A stretch of 64,000 nucleotides of DNA from Eledone cirrhosa (taxonomy: Eukaryota): contig OZ024740.1 of NCBI GenBank assembly GCA_964016885.1, forward strand, positions 292,144,001-292,208,000, given 5' to 3'. Position 1 is the stretch's first letter. Each line of letters opens with the position of its first letter. The notes beneath the pieces are model-generated. The model did no database searches and had not been told where the DNA came from. It saw only the letters and a list, made by a program, of their open reading frames with translations. The translations under genes and the position numbers were made by a program. This document shows, in pieces, positions 12,871 through 25,458 of this stretch.

Positions 12871-13934
12871 AGAATTATATTAATTGATGTACAATTTTTA
12901 AGTAAAATTACAACAATAAAAATTAACTATGTATTTCTTAGATACTCTACATTTATCTCTGTATGAACCATTTGATTATAAATCTACAGGCTATTGACTT
13001 CAGCCTTGCAGATGAAAGATTTCTCATATCTACTGGTAGTGTCACTGATTGCCCTCGAAGTGGCAGACTTAAAAGTGCAACTGATCCGACATCAACCGGT
13101 TGTTTTAACAACTCTTACAAACAGCCTCCAAAAATTAACAAGGAAGTTAAGAGACAGGTATTAACCAAAGGTCTGTTTTATATATTCTCCACAGACATCA
13201 CTTCCATCCTTATAATGGGATTCAAACCAGGAAACTTTATTTCTAAACCAAGAGTGACAATGTTATCCACTTGGCTACTACTAACCCATCAATAGATAAA
13301 ATTAATCATCCCCCAAAATATAATCTTATTAACAATTCATTTCAGATATTTAGACTTCAATTGTACGATTCATTTAAAAATTACTCACCAATTTAGTTGT
13401 CATGTGGTCGATTCACACAATTGTTAGAGTATCGGACAAATACTTTGTTCAAATCCTGCCAAGTCAATTTTGCCTTTCATCCTTTTGGTGTTGATAAAAT
13501 AAAGTACTGGGGTTGATTTAATTGAGTTTTCCCTGCCTTTGTGTCAAGATATAACGTATCAATATTACTACTAATGTTGAAATGAAATAGACTGACCTAT
13601 GTGGTGAAGAACCAAGACCGACCTATGTGGAGAAAAGCCATATCTTGCATGAGGTGCCTCTGATATGGCTATCATGGGATAGTCTAGCAGAACAAGTCAG
13701 ATCTAGAGGAGTAAGCCTCGATTAAAATCCTGCTTGTCTCATAGTAAGTAGTAACTCATGCGGTGACTATCAGTTTGAGTGACTTTAGTGCTGTGAACAC
13801 CAGTGACTTCTCAGATGATCAACTATTAATACAACAATGGATTGGCACAACTGCTCCAGTTAGCAGAGAAATCTATGAGTATGCCAGAGTGGTGAACTAC
13901 ATATATTCTAGCCATTAGAAAAATCAAAATGATA

Positions 13935-14435
13935 CGCCTTCAGTGGAGGGATGACTCAAGAAGGAAATAGTACTGGTGCCAATTCAAAATAAGCAGTTCA
14001 CCCTGTAAGGTGGTAATGCTGGTGCTATGACAAAAAGCACCCAATCCACCCTGTAAGGTGGTAGTGTTGGAGTCATGATAAAGTGCTCCCTGTACACTCT
14101 GTAAAGTGGTTGGTGTTAGTAAGGGCATCTGGCCTTAGAAACCATGCTCCCAGCAGACAGTAAAGTAGTTGGCATTAGGAAAGGCATCCTGCTTTAAAAA
14201 CCATGTTCGCAATTCACTCTGTAAAGTGGTTGGTATTAAGGCATCCAGCCTTTAAAACCATGCTCTCAGTACACTCTCTAAAGTGATTGGCATTAGTATA
14301 GGCATCCAGTTGCAAAAAACCAAGCCAAAACAAAGCGTATGAGCAGGACCTAGTCACCTGACTAGTCTGGCTTCAACACACAACAGCGTTCTAACTCATG
14401 CAAGTATGGAAAATAGACATTAGAAGGTGATGATG
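13935..14435 (+). mobile_element. RTE-3'-derived short element with internal tandem repeats
   Basis: Repeated CTGTAAAGTGGTTGG..TAGGAAGGGCATC units followed by a GATGATGA tail. Confidence 0.6.
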
Positions 14436-15174
14436 ACAGTGGTATGACACAAATGATGGGTCTCTTGACTAACTACCTTACTGTATCATTGTTTATAAGT
14501 CTATGCTGGCATGGGTTGGACAATATTTTGAGACAATGTTTTATAGCATGATGCTCTTTCTGACACCAACCCTTTTATTTGCCTCTTACGATAAGCAAGG
14601 ATACTATGTATTTATTCTAAAATCTGGTATGGTGGATAGTATTAAAGTTTGAATTGATATTTGTATGAGTGGAATTAATGAATTATATATTAAGTAATAA
14701 ATTGTTGAGTATTTGTATATTTTTTAACTGGTTTCAGTCATTTGACTACAGTTATTGCCAAAGCACTGTTTTAAAAGGAGTTTTAGTCAATCTTTATACT
14801 CAGTGCTTATTTCAGTCAAATACCTATTTTATTAATTATGCTTTTCAACACAACACAATACCAGTTAAACACCAGTTTACACTGACATTGACACACACAC
14901 CCACATCTAGGATTAACTGGGACTTCAAGTTTTACTTTTTGTGGATGAATGAGCCATAGAAGGTGACATTTTGAGTCCTGGTCAATCTAAGATGCATAAT
15001 AAATGTCTGTTATTAATAATCCTATAAATTAACAACTCCAGCATTAACAGTTCTATTCTGATGGAGGACTAGTGTCCAAAACGTTAAGACCCTCTTCATG
15101 CTATTTCAACCGTTAAACTAATATATTTCTTCCATGTACTGTGCTGTTTGTTTTGTTATTTTTGTTATTTCTTT

Positions 15175-15206
<32 letters not shown>

Positions 15207-15615
15207 CCATGGATACTACTGATGCAGTGGTGGTGAATAGTCCTGTCTTATAAAGCATCCAAAACTATATATCAGCAGACTGGCCAGTCAGTTTCCTGTA
15301 TACGAGCGATAAATGGCCGGCTTTGCTAAATTCAAATAAAAAAGAAAATTTCGCTCTACATGGCTGAATACAATAACTGTAATTTGAGTTTTTCGAATAT
15401 TAATAATAACATTCGATTCATTTGCAATTATGCAAACAAGCCTCAATTTTATAGCCATGTCAGTAGAATGAACATTTCATTCTTGCTATCCAAATCTGGC
15501 TGATCAGTGGATCTGCTAATATACAGATCTGACTGATCAGCCAGTCTGCTAATATGCAAATCAGTGTATTTTTGAAAATAGCATATATTTTCACTAGCTC
15601 TGACAGTTTGGCAGG

Positions 15616-15677
15616 TGAACAGTGAGCTCTACTGATGAAGGGTGATACCCAGAAACATTGTCTGCAGTTCTGTTCAC
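15616..15677 (+). ncRNA. Type I hammerhead ribozyme-like motif
   Basis: CTGATGA (15632-38), stem II GGGT/ACCC, GAAAC-ATT-GTC cleavage triplet; distal stem I GTGAACAG/CTGTTCAC. Confidence 0.6.
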
Positions 15678-15942
15678 ATGCCAACACAAGAGCAAGAATG
15701 AAGTGTTTATTCTACTGACATGGCTATAAAATTGCAAACGAATCGAATGTTATTATTAATATTCGAAAAACTCAGATTACATTTATTATATATATAATGT
15801 GTGTGTGTGTGTAGATGCATACAAAAGGCAAACGGTGTGCTTTGTAAGAAACCTCAATATCTTACTATGTTGGGAGAATTTGAAATCCAGTACAATTTCC
15901 TAAATGAAGCTATTTAATTTCATTTTGCTGCTAATGTCCTTT

Positions 15943-16842
15943 GGAAAATATATCTAGTGCCTCTACAAGTAATCAATAGTGGTAATTATGGAAAATATTG
16001 AGGTATAAAATACTTAATTCCACATTGCATGCCAATATTTAAAATGTGTAGAATCTATCCAATTGAAAAAATGTTAGAAAATTATAAAGATATACATAGT
16101 GATTATAAAAACACATACCCAAGATTTTGATTTAAAAATATGCAAAATGGTTATATTTGATTTGGCTCTCTGTACTGACTCATCAATGGGAGTGTAAATG
16201 CCCAATGGAAAATATATCTATTTAAAAATATGCAAAATGGTTATATTTGATTTGGCTCTCTGTACTGACTCATCAATGGGAGAGTGTAAATGCCCAATGG
16301 AAAATATATCTATTTAAAAATATGCAAAATGGTTATATTTGATTTGGCTCTCTGTACTGACTCATCAATGGGAGAGTGTAAATGCCCAATGAAAAATATA
16401 TCTATTTAAAAATATGCAAAATGGTTATATTTGATTTGGCTCTCTGTACTGACTCATCAATGGGAGAGTGTAAATGCCCAATGAAAAATATATCTATTTA
16501 AAAATATGCAAAATGGTTATATTTGATTTGGCTCTCTGTACTGACTCATCAATGGGAGAGTGTAAATGCCCAATGGAAAATATATCTAGTGCCTCTACAA
16601 GTAATCAATAGTGGTAATTATGGAAAATATTGAGGTATAAAATACTTAATTCCACATTACATGCCAATATTTAAAATGTGTAGAATCTATCCAATTGAAA
16701 AAATGTTAGAAAATTATAAAGTGATTATAAAGTGATTATAAAAACACATACCCAAGATTTTGATTTAAAAATATGCAAAATGGTTATATTTGATTTGGCT
16801 CTCTGTACTGACTCATCAATGGGAGAGTGTAAATGCCCAATG
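15943..16842. repeat. 92-bp tandem repeat (5 units) nested in a larger direct duplication
   Basis: Units start at 16131, 16221, 16313, 16405 and 16497. Segment 15943-16207 is repeated at ~16575-16842. Confidence 0.95.
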
Positions 16843-17591
16843 AACATTGGTCATCATCTGATATCAAATTCTCCTTGCCAAGGTTACATTCACCTTAAAT
16901 GTAACCTTAAAGAAGTTGCTTGGCATTCACCTCCATTCAGTGAATGAATGTGAAGCATATTCTTTTAAGATGTAATTTTTCATACATATTAATTTTCAGC
17001 ATTAGTAATTGGGCAGGTCTACAAACTTTGTCCAAAAGTTTAAATTAAACTTAAGAGATTTTCTTTATAAAGATAAACAAAAGAACTATACTAACCTTTT
17101 CACTAATGTATTCTTAATGAAATACATTGCCTATGGTGTTCAAATAATTTTGAAAATAACTAATAATCTGGAGAGATATAATAACTTTCTCATTAAGATT
17201 TGGAACATAAATTAGCAAAAGTTTTTACTTAAAATTTGGATGAACATTTTTAGATTAATATAAACAGTTCAAAATATGTCTTACTATTGTAAGACCAGGG
17301 TCAGTTTCAGGTGGTTTGGTATCAAAAGAGTTAAGCAGTATTAATAATTGTCCTAAAGTGTTTGTCCCTATCCTTTCATCTGATCACAATTTCTCTAATT
17401 AAAACAGTAAAATGAATAGAAACAACTCCAGTGGGCCAATGTTATGAATTTAGATAAATTAAGCAGTTGTGTGTTGAATGGCACAATAAAAAAATTCTTA
17501 ATTAATTAAAATTTTCCTCCTGTAAAAAGTAAAATATTAGTGGTAATTGTTAGTGATTCACAAAGAAAAGGGAAGACAATTTTAGAGAATA

Positions 17592-17737
17592 CTAGCAGAA
17601 TGGCCCGGCATTGCTCGGGATTTGCTCTAGGGTTCTTATATATTTGATATATATTTATCCTTATCGAGCCTCGTGAAATAAATACGTTTGTTTATATTTT
17701 GTTATTGTGTATGCAAAAATATCTGTACACGAATATA

Positions 17738-17779
<42 letters not shown>

Positions 17780-17896
17780 TAACAGATTAAAGTTTAAGCA
17801 AAGAATCGCTGCTTTCACCCTTAACGGGATCTTCTGAAACTAAAAAAAAATCAATCTGTGAGCGCAGACGTAAATATTTCGAAAAACGTTACACAC

Positions 17897-17930
<34 letters not shown>

Positions 17931-18365
17931 CACACACACAGCGTCATAATGTCATAATGCAGACAGCCAGACATACAGATAGGTATTATAAGGGCGCAAC
18001 GTTGTATCTATCTAAAAAGAAAGACTAAGAATTATAGAGAGAGAGATCGCTAAATCGCCTAATGTGGTCCCTAGTGCATTGAAAATTTGAATTTTTTTTT
18101 CTCAAAACACTCACAGGACCACAAGTATTACATGTGTAAAGTTTGAAAACAATCGGTTGGGTGGTTCTCGAGTTTTAGTGAGCTGACACAGACATTCTGT
18201 TTTAGATATATAGACTAGCAGAATGGCCCGGCGTTGTTCGGGAATTGCTCTAGTGTTCTTATATATTTGATATATATTTATCCTTATCGAGCCTCATGAA
18301 ATAAATACGTTTGTTTATACTTTATTGTGTATGCAAAAATATCTGTACACGAATATATAATTGTG
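17592..18365 (-). mobile_element. Two head-to-tail non-autonomous Helitrons (second truncated)
   Basis: CTAGCAGAATGGCCCGGC.TTG.TCGGG (reverse complement of the 3' hairpin plus CTAG) at 17592 and 18215; junction TATAGA|CTAG. Confidence 0.85.
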
Positions 18366-18374
18366 TATATATAT

Positions 18375-18773
18375 ATATATATATATCTAAAACAGAGAAT
18401 GTCTGTCTGTCAGCTCACTAAAACTCGAGAACCACCCAACCGATTGTTTTCAAACTTTACACATATAATACTTATGGTCCTGTAGAAAAAAAATTACAAA
18501 TTTTCAATGCCCTGAGGACCGCATTAGGCGATTTAGCGATCTCTCTCTATAATTCTTAGTCTTTCTTTTTAGATAGATACATAGATTTAACGTTGCGCCC
18601 TTATAATATGTCTGCATTACGACATTATGATGCAGTGTGTGTGTGTGTATATATGTGTAACGTTTTTCGAAATATTTACTTCTGCGTTCACAGATTGATT
18701 TTTTTTTTTTTAGTTTCAGAAGATCCCGTTAAGGGTGAAAGCAGCGATTCTTTGCTTAAACTTTAATCTGTTA

Positions 18774-18813
<40 letters not shown>

Positions 18814-19416
18814 GTTAGAGCATTGTGAGTTCAATTCTCAGACCGAGTGATGTGCTGTTTCCTTGAGCAAGACCCTTTATTTCACATTGCTCCAGTTTAC
18901 TCAGCTGTAGAAATGAGATGATAGGACTGGGGTCCCTATCATTTCACTGCAAAGTGGTCGTGGAGGTGCAACGGCAAAAAAGCACCCAGCACTCACTGTA
19001 AATGAGGTTGGTGTTAGGAAGGGCATCCAGCTGTAGAAGTCAAGCCAGAATCAGTTCCCGTCCCAACCTTGCAAGCAGGGAAAAGCGGACGTAAAAATGA
19101 TGATGATATATTATATATTCGTGTACAGATATTTTTGCATACACAATAACAATATATAAACAAAAGTATTGATTTTCTTCGCACAGAAAAAAACCCTGGT
19201 AATCTACGACAAATTTTTTTTATAAGCACAAGGTATTCCGTACTTCTCTGTACTGTTATATATATAATTATATATTCGTGTACAGATATTTTTGCATACA
19301 CAATAACAAAATATAAACAAACGTATTTATTTCACGAGGCTCGATAAGGATAAATATATATCAAATATATAAGAACCCTAGAGCAAATCCCGAGCAACGC
19401 CGGGCCATTCTGCTAG
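18375..19416 (+). mobile_element. Non-autonomous Helitron with nested SINE fragments
   Basis: TATCTAAAACAGAGAATGTCTGTC 5' end and CCCGAGCAACGCCGGG...CTAG|T 3' end. A tRNA-SINE piece (~18810-18925) and an RTE-tail piece (~18950-19108) lie inside. Confidence 0.85.
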
Positions 19417-19443
19417 TTGGATACTAGACTGGTTTTCTGCCAG

Positions 19444-19924
19444 TCTATATATCTAAAACAGAGAATGTCTGTCTGTCTGTCAGCTCACTAAAACTTGAGA
19501 ACCATCCAACCGATTGTTTTCAAACTTTAGACATGTAATACTTATGGTCCTGTGAGTGTTTTGAGCAAAAATTATTTCAAATTTTCAATGCCCTAGGGAC
19601 CGCATTAGGCGATTTAGCGTTCTCTCTATATAATTCTTAGTCTTTCTTTTTAGATAGATACATAGATATAACGTTGCGCCCTTATAATATCTGTCTGCAT
19701 TACGTCATTATGACGCGCTCAGCGCGATTCCCTCGGCCTTAGTGACCAAAGTCAGTGGAGAGGGGAAGGTAATGTTTCTGTAGCACGTGTTTTAGCGTCT
19801 ATTCACTCTCTCTCCCTCCCGCTATCCCCCTCTCGTAGTCTGTCTCTTTCTTTCACTCTCTCTCTACGCACGTGTTTCCACAGTCGGACAGACAGAGAAA
19901 TTGCTGGTTATATATATAAGTAGA
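19444..19924 (+). mobile_element. Helitron 5' fragment abutting an opposite-strand Helitron 5' end
   Basis: TCTATATATCTAAAACAGAGAATGTCTGTC at 19444. The reverse complement of ~19885-19924 reads TCTACTTATATATATAACCAGC...CTGTCTGTCCG. Confidence 0.7.
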
Positions 19925-20493
19925 TAAATTAATATTTCTCAAAATTTAAATGCATAGCAGAAAAACTGAGATCTGGGTTGTTTTCTTAAGTATCTAAATT
20001 CATTTGAGTCTTTTTGGTGTAATTTCTTGAAATTATTTCCCCTTTTTCATTTAGAAAATAAACTGAAGGTTTTGTTTTCTCCAACTAAGAGGAAACATTT
20101 TTTTTCTTTTGGCATACATCTTTCAGTACATCTCTTTAATTTATTGATCTATAATATTTCTACTTTTTCCATGCTAATTGCATTTCTCTTTCTTCTTCGC
20201 ATTTGTTGCTTCAATTTTTCAGTGTTATTGATCACAACCTCATATATTCTGTTATAGCTGGTATACACTTTAATTGTACATGATTACAAGTTGAATAATT
20301 GTAAATTTTGCACATGAAAGTATGGCCCATTTTGTAAAAAAGTTACTTGAGAAAACATTTAAATGTTTAAAATAGTCATATTCAATATTTTATTTGTAAT
20401 GAATTTCATTAAATTATTAAGATTGACTTGATGGGAGGAATAAAATCATTTTAGATCTTGTATTTTGATTAAATTATTTTTTTCTTTTTACAG

Positions 20494-20726
20494 TGAAAAT
20501 TGGTGATAAATGGGAAGCCCGTTATATCAGACAATGTGCTCTAGAGGGTGAAATTGGGGCCCGAGAAGGACGTGATTGCAAAGATAGAATTGGCACAAAT
20601 GGAATTAAAATGAGGTACTGTCATTGTAACAATATGGATGGTTGTAATACAGCAAGTTCCTGGAATGTACCTTTTGTACTCATGACAACTGCCTTTATTG
20701 GACAATATGTATGGCAAAAACTATAA
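20494..20726 (+). CDS. crok: Ly6/uPAR crooked-like protein, exon 3 (C-terminal CN motif and putative GPI signal)
   Basis: Acceptor ttctttttaCAG. Encodes (L)KIGDKWEARYIRQCALEGEIGAREGRDCKDRIGTNGIKMRYCHCNNMDGCNTASSWNVPFVLMTTAFIGQYVWQKL*. The joined protein is 141 aa with 10 Cys, ending in the CxC..DGCN motif and a hydrophobic tail. The crok assignment rests on remembered motif similarity, not on a search. Confidence 0.93.
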
Positions 20727-21815
20727 TTAGATGCAGATTTTTATTATTTCATCTTTTTTTTTCTTTCCACTTAGGCTAGGAACTGAAGAATTTTTTTTAT
20801 AAAATAACCTTAGTTGCAAAATTGAAAAGAAAAGTTTATATATCTTTTAATTATTATTTTTTTAGCATTTATAAAAAAACTATCACTTAGAAAATTACAT
20901 GTATATATATATATAAAATATCTTTTTTGTTCTAATTTTCAATTTGGTCTATATGCAGCATTCCATACATTATAATATATGCATACACACACGCACACAC
21001 ATATATATAAATCTCATCAAACTGGTTAATTGTTGTTAATAATGAAAAATATCTTGGCAAAATATATGTTAAAGCTATTATTGAAGCCATTTTTTTCATT
21101 AACCATCTAGAAATTGATGAGATGAGACCATTATGGAATTATTCCAAGTTTAAAACTGCAAATTTGAATATTGGTGTTAATCTTAATATTTTAAGCTTTA
21201 ATGTCTCAAAGGAGAGAAAGAGAAAGCAAGAACCAAATAAAAAGCTAAAACTTTGCATGGTGCTGTATTGAATCTTTTTATTTTTATCCTAGTTTTAAAC
21301 ATCACTTTTTTTTTTTTTCAAATTCAATTTCAAGCACTATTAAATTTCAGTAGCTTCTTTGTAGCTCTTCACTACTTATAAGTTGTTATTTCACATTCCA
21401 ATATGTTGGTTTAGAATAATTATAGGTAAACCTGAACTAAAATGAACTATTAAGTTTCAAAAGCTTCTTTTTAAGCTCTTCTCCACTACGTTTGAGTTTT
21501 GGCCTCTCACATTCCAATTTATTGGCTTAGCATAATAGGTAATCCTGGAAGTAAAAAAGAAAATCTGGGTGGAATTATATTTAATGAATATCAAAATAAT
21601 TTTGTATAATACTTCATATTTACCAACATTATCTTATTCATGAAAATTGTTTGCATAGCATTTTTTGAATAAATTTGTTTTTAAAACCTTTGTAACACTT
21701 TTGTAATTAAATTTCTTTAGAAACTACTTTGTCTTTTCTTTTTATATTAAATGTTTCTGTTTGAGGACAAAATATAAAAATTTTAAATAAATTTTTATGT
21801 TGCTAATGAATGTTT
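20727..21815 (+). other. Probable 3' UTR with polyadenylation signals
   Basis: AT-rich, largely repeat-free stretch after the stop codon, with AATAAA at ~21236, ~21668 and ~21786. The end point is a guess. Confidence 0.5.
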
Positions 21816-24574
21816 TTCATATGAGGTAAGTGTAATTCCCAGTTATTGCTTGTTGAGTAAGATTGGTGTGTTTGAATTATGTTAGTAGCTTCAAGTAAAG
21901 TGAAAACAGGCAGTCATTAGAACATCAGATAGAATGCTTTGCAGTATTTGTTTCAAGTCTCTGCTCTCTGATTTCAAATCCTGACGGTCAACTTTGCTTT
22001 TCATCTATTAGAGGTCGATTTAAAAAAAAAAAAAAAAAAAATATTGTTGAAAGGCAGTGTATTTCTGCTCTGTAAAGAATTGTTTTAGGCTAAATATTCT
22101 GTATACACATTTTCAGTTTTAGCCATTTAGAGAATATTAGTCTTATCTATAATTCAGGTTTGGTTACTTACCCTTTTCAAATACTTTCTCCTACTATATT
22201 CACTTTCTATTCTACAAAATATTGAATGGTAGAAACTATTTGATTTTCTACTTTTAAAGGGTTGGGAGGATCCTTCAGTTGTCAAAGACAGACATAGCAA
22301 GTTCTTCTGTGCATTCATTCTACCCTGTAACGTGGTAGTACTGGTGTCATGACAAAAATACCTAGTCCACCCTGTAAAGTGATAGTTCTGGTCTCATGAC
22401 AAATGTTGCCCAGTCAACTCTGTAAAATGATAGTACTGATGTCACAATAAAAAGTCCCCACTCTACCCTGTAAACTGATAATGCTAGTGTAGTGCTGTGA
22501 GAAAAAACACCCAGACAACTGGTTTTATCAACTTTGCCCTCTCCAGCTGGATCAGTTGGAGATAGCTGCTTCTGACAGGACCTGCTGGAAGGAGTGTTTA
22601 AGAACTCTGTCCCCACGATCCTCTCAGGAATAAATGAAAGAAGTTTAATTGGATTTTTATATTATAATTCAAATATGAACACTTCAATAAAGGTAATTTA
22701 ATTTATATCCTTTTAATACCAAACTGCTATAAGTCACCCTATGGTTCTACAATACAAAACTGTTTGTTTTAAAGTGGTTATAAAACCTATCCATCAACAT
22801 TTAATGTAAGAACTTTTGTAAAGCTCAACTTGATATGAAATTAGTTATATTATTGAATCCCTAAACATTCTTCTTTATATTTTTAATGATTTCCTTAGAA
22901 ATATGGTAATGAAATGTTAAAGGGGTTATGTCATTTACCCTTAGTTTAGAAATAAAAGTTCTTATTTCAAATCCAGCCTAGTACTAGGTAGAGATCCAGG
23001 TGAAATCAATCAATACATTGTGTAGATATTTTTTTAATGTTTCATCTTAGAAGTCGATGTTAATAGCATTTAATTAAAAGTGAAAAATGGTTCTTATCTT
23101 TCAAAGCAAATGTGTAATATGTTCACAAGGCAAATAATGTGTAATAATTGTTTCTACGTTTGGCACAAGGCCAGCAATTATCCCAGTGCATTACTGGTAC
23201 TTTATTTTATTGACCCCGTAAAGATGAAAGGCAATGTAAGAAAGAGGGTATAGTCAATTGTGCCATGTGTATACTGGTTTTTAGAATAGGTACCGTGTCC
23301 CTACATATATTCAAAGGGTTGGCATAATGGAAGATCTTTAGCCATAAAACACTACCTCAAAAATTTTTGTCCAGCCCATGTCAGCATGGAAAAGTAGACA
23401 GGAATATGGTGAATTACACCATGTAACAAAAAAATTATTTTTCTCTTTTCCTGGCTTCTAATCACTTTTTTTGTGTTGCTTAGGTCCCAAATAAATAAAA
23501 AAAAAAGTGCTATTAAACAGTTAAAAGTTTGGGTTTGTAAAAATTCTAAGCTATTCACTAGAATTATTTGTATGCTGGATTTTACGTTGTATGTAAGTTT
23601 AATTTGCTTATGTTAAATGATTTTTTTTATATATGTTTCAGGTTAAATTAAAATTATAAGATAAAGAGTAATACCTAAAGAAAATTATTAAAGTACTGGC
23701 AGTTTGAAATTTCAAAATATGAAAATCCAAAACTCACTATAGATAAGAGCTAAGAAACTTTTTTCTTCTTCATCCACTTGTTTCTGAGAAGGTAGTGGAG
23801 GTAGAGTCCTCAAGTATGCCTTTCAGCAGGTCCTGTCAGAAGTTTAGCAGATGTACTTTAATTGTTGTCTATGTTGGCAAGTGAGTAAGTGAAGTTGGTC
23901 TCAGTGAGTGGAGAGAAGCTATGCCATATTCAAGGAAACAAAAACTGTACTCACTTGTGGTGTGAAGTGATATTACTATGAGGAAGATGATTTTCCCATA
24001 CCACATTGGGGTCACCACTTTAACTAGACTACATATTTGGTTGTTTACTGTATTTAATATTGGTGGTAAAAAGGATCCGAAAAGAAGATATAAATTGGTA
24101 GGCTGCGTGTTTATGTTTAGTAATAAGTTCCATAGTTGAGGAAAGAATCCAAAGGCATATTTAAACTTATAATAATGGTTTATTTCCTTCCAAACAAATT
24201 AACACATAGTTTTATCGTGAAGTAGGCTGAATAAAAATCAGTAATGAGTTACATTCCAGGTTTTTGTCCTGAGAGGACTGTAACTGCTAGAGTATTGATA
24301 TTTAGTCGCGAATTTGCCTGCTGGGCGGGAGTCGCTCGTAGTATTCCTAAGCCGCCAACTTAGAGGACTGGCGACTGACCAAGCATGACCCAATTACTCA
24401 GCTGCGAATAGGTAGTGCCATTGCTTGCTACAGAAGCAACCAATTAATCCAGTTGGATCCCCAAGCGAGACCAGCTAAGCTCATGGATGTTATTCAACCA
24501 TCTTGCTTGGGGTCTACTCCTGCCAGTTGGTTTTGCTCGCAAAATCTGTCCAGTGATTCCTGAGATGGAAAGGC

Positions 24575-24810
24575 GCCTAAGCAACGGCAATCGGGAGTGG
24601 TAATCCCAATTTTCAAAAAAGAAGACGAGATCTTGTTAAGCCTCCCTGGTAAAGTCTGGCAAAGAGATGCAGGGAGATTGTTAAGTCCAAGCAAGCTAAT
24701 AAACTGTGCGGTTTTCAGCCCGGACACAGCACAGCCAACCACATATTCACATTGCGGCAGGTTTTTGAGAAATCATCGGAGTACTGCCAAGAGGTATATT
24801 CTTGTTTTGC
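24575..24810 (+). mobile_element. LINE RT fragment
   Basis: GVVIPIFKK, LLSLPGKV and CGFQPGHSTANHIFTLRQVFEK motifs. Confidence 0.65.
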
Positions 24811-25059
24811 TAAGAAAATTTAATTTACCCAATTTTCTCAGCTATTATCTATAGTTATCAACTGTTATTACAAATAGAGTCAGTGTTTGAGATGATGATG
24901 GTGAATGAAACTGGTATTTTGTTGGTATTTATTTATTTCTGTTGGAATTTGAACTGAAAATATTGGTGGTTGAAACTAAATTTTCTTGTAACAGTCTAGT
25001 GCTCCATCATTTCTGCTGACAACTCTTTCTAATTTCAATATTAGTAGCTAAATGAGAGG

Positions 25060-25350
25060 GTTGGATTGGCAGAATCATTAGCATGTTGGACAACATGCTT
25101 TATACATCTTCCATAAATATCACATGTTCATACCAGTGCAGTCTTCTCATTTGCACACTAAATCAGATTCCTTTAGTGCTGAGTTTTTCTCTCAGCTCAT
25201 TTATGCTGTGTTGTTTATGCTCACTAATATTACATATTCACCAAAGCATACTTGCTTCATTTCTTTCTACCCTTTGCAGATCCTCTGCAGTCAAGGATCA
25301 TGTCTCACATCCATGCAAATCACATACTAGCATCATACAGTCTACCATTT
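25060..25350 (-). mobile_element. RTE LINE C-terminal fragment
   Basis: ELREKLSTKGI...VQMRRLHWYEHV, homologous to 28560-28780. Confidence 0.6.
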
Positions 25351-25458
25351 GCTTTAACCCTATAGTTATCAACCTAGCCAAAACCAGCTCTGGTTCTATG
25401 AAATAAAACCACCGATTTTAAAGGTTTCCAATTAAAATTAAAATCTTCCAACATAATC

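Noticed and set aside
13010-13150. Tc1-like transposase motif TGSVTDCPRSGR
   Set aside because: Too short and degenerate, with no TIRs or catalytic domain.
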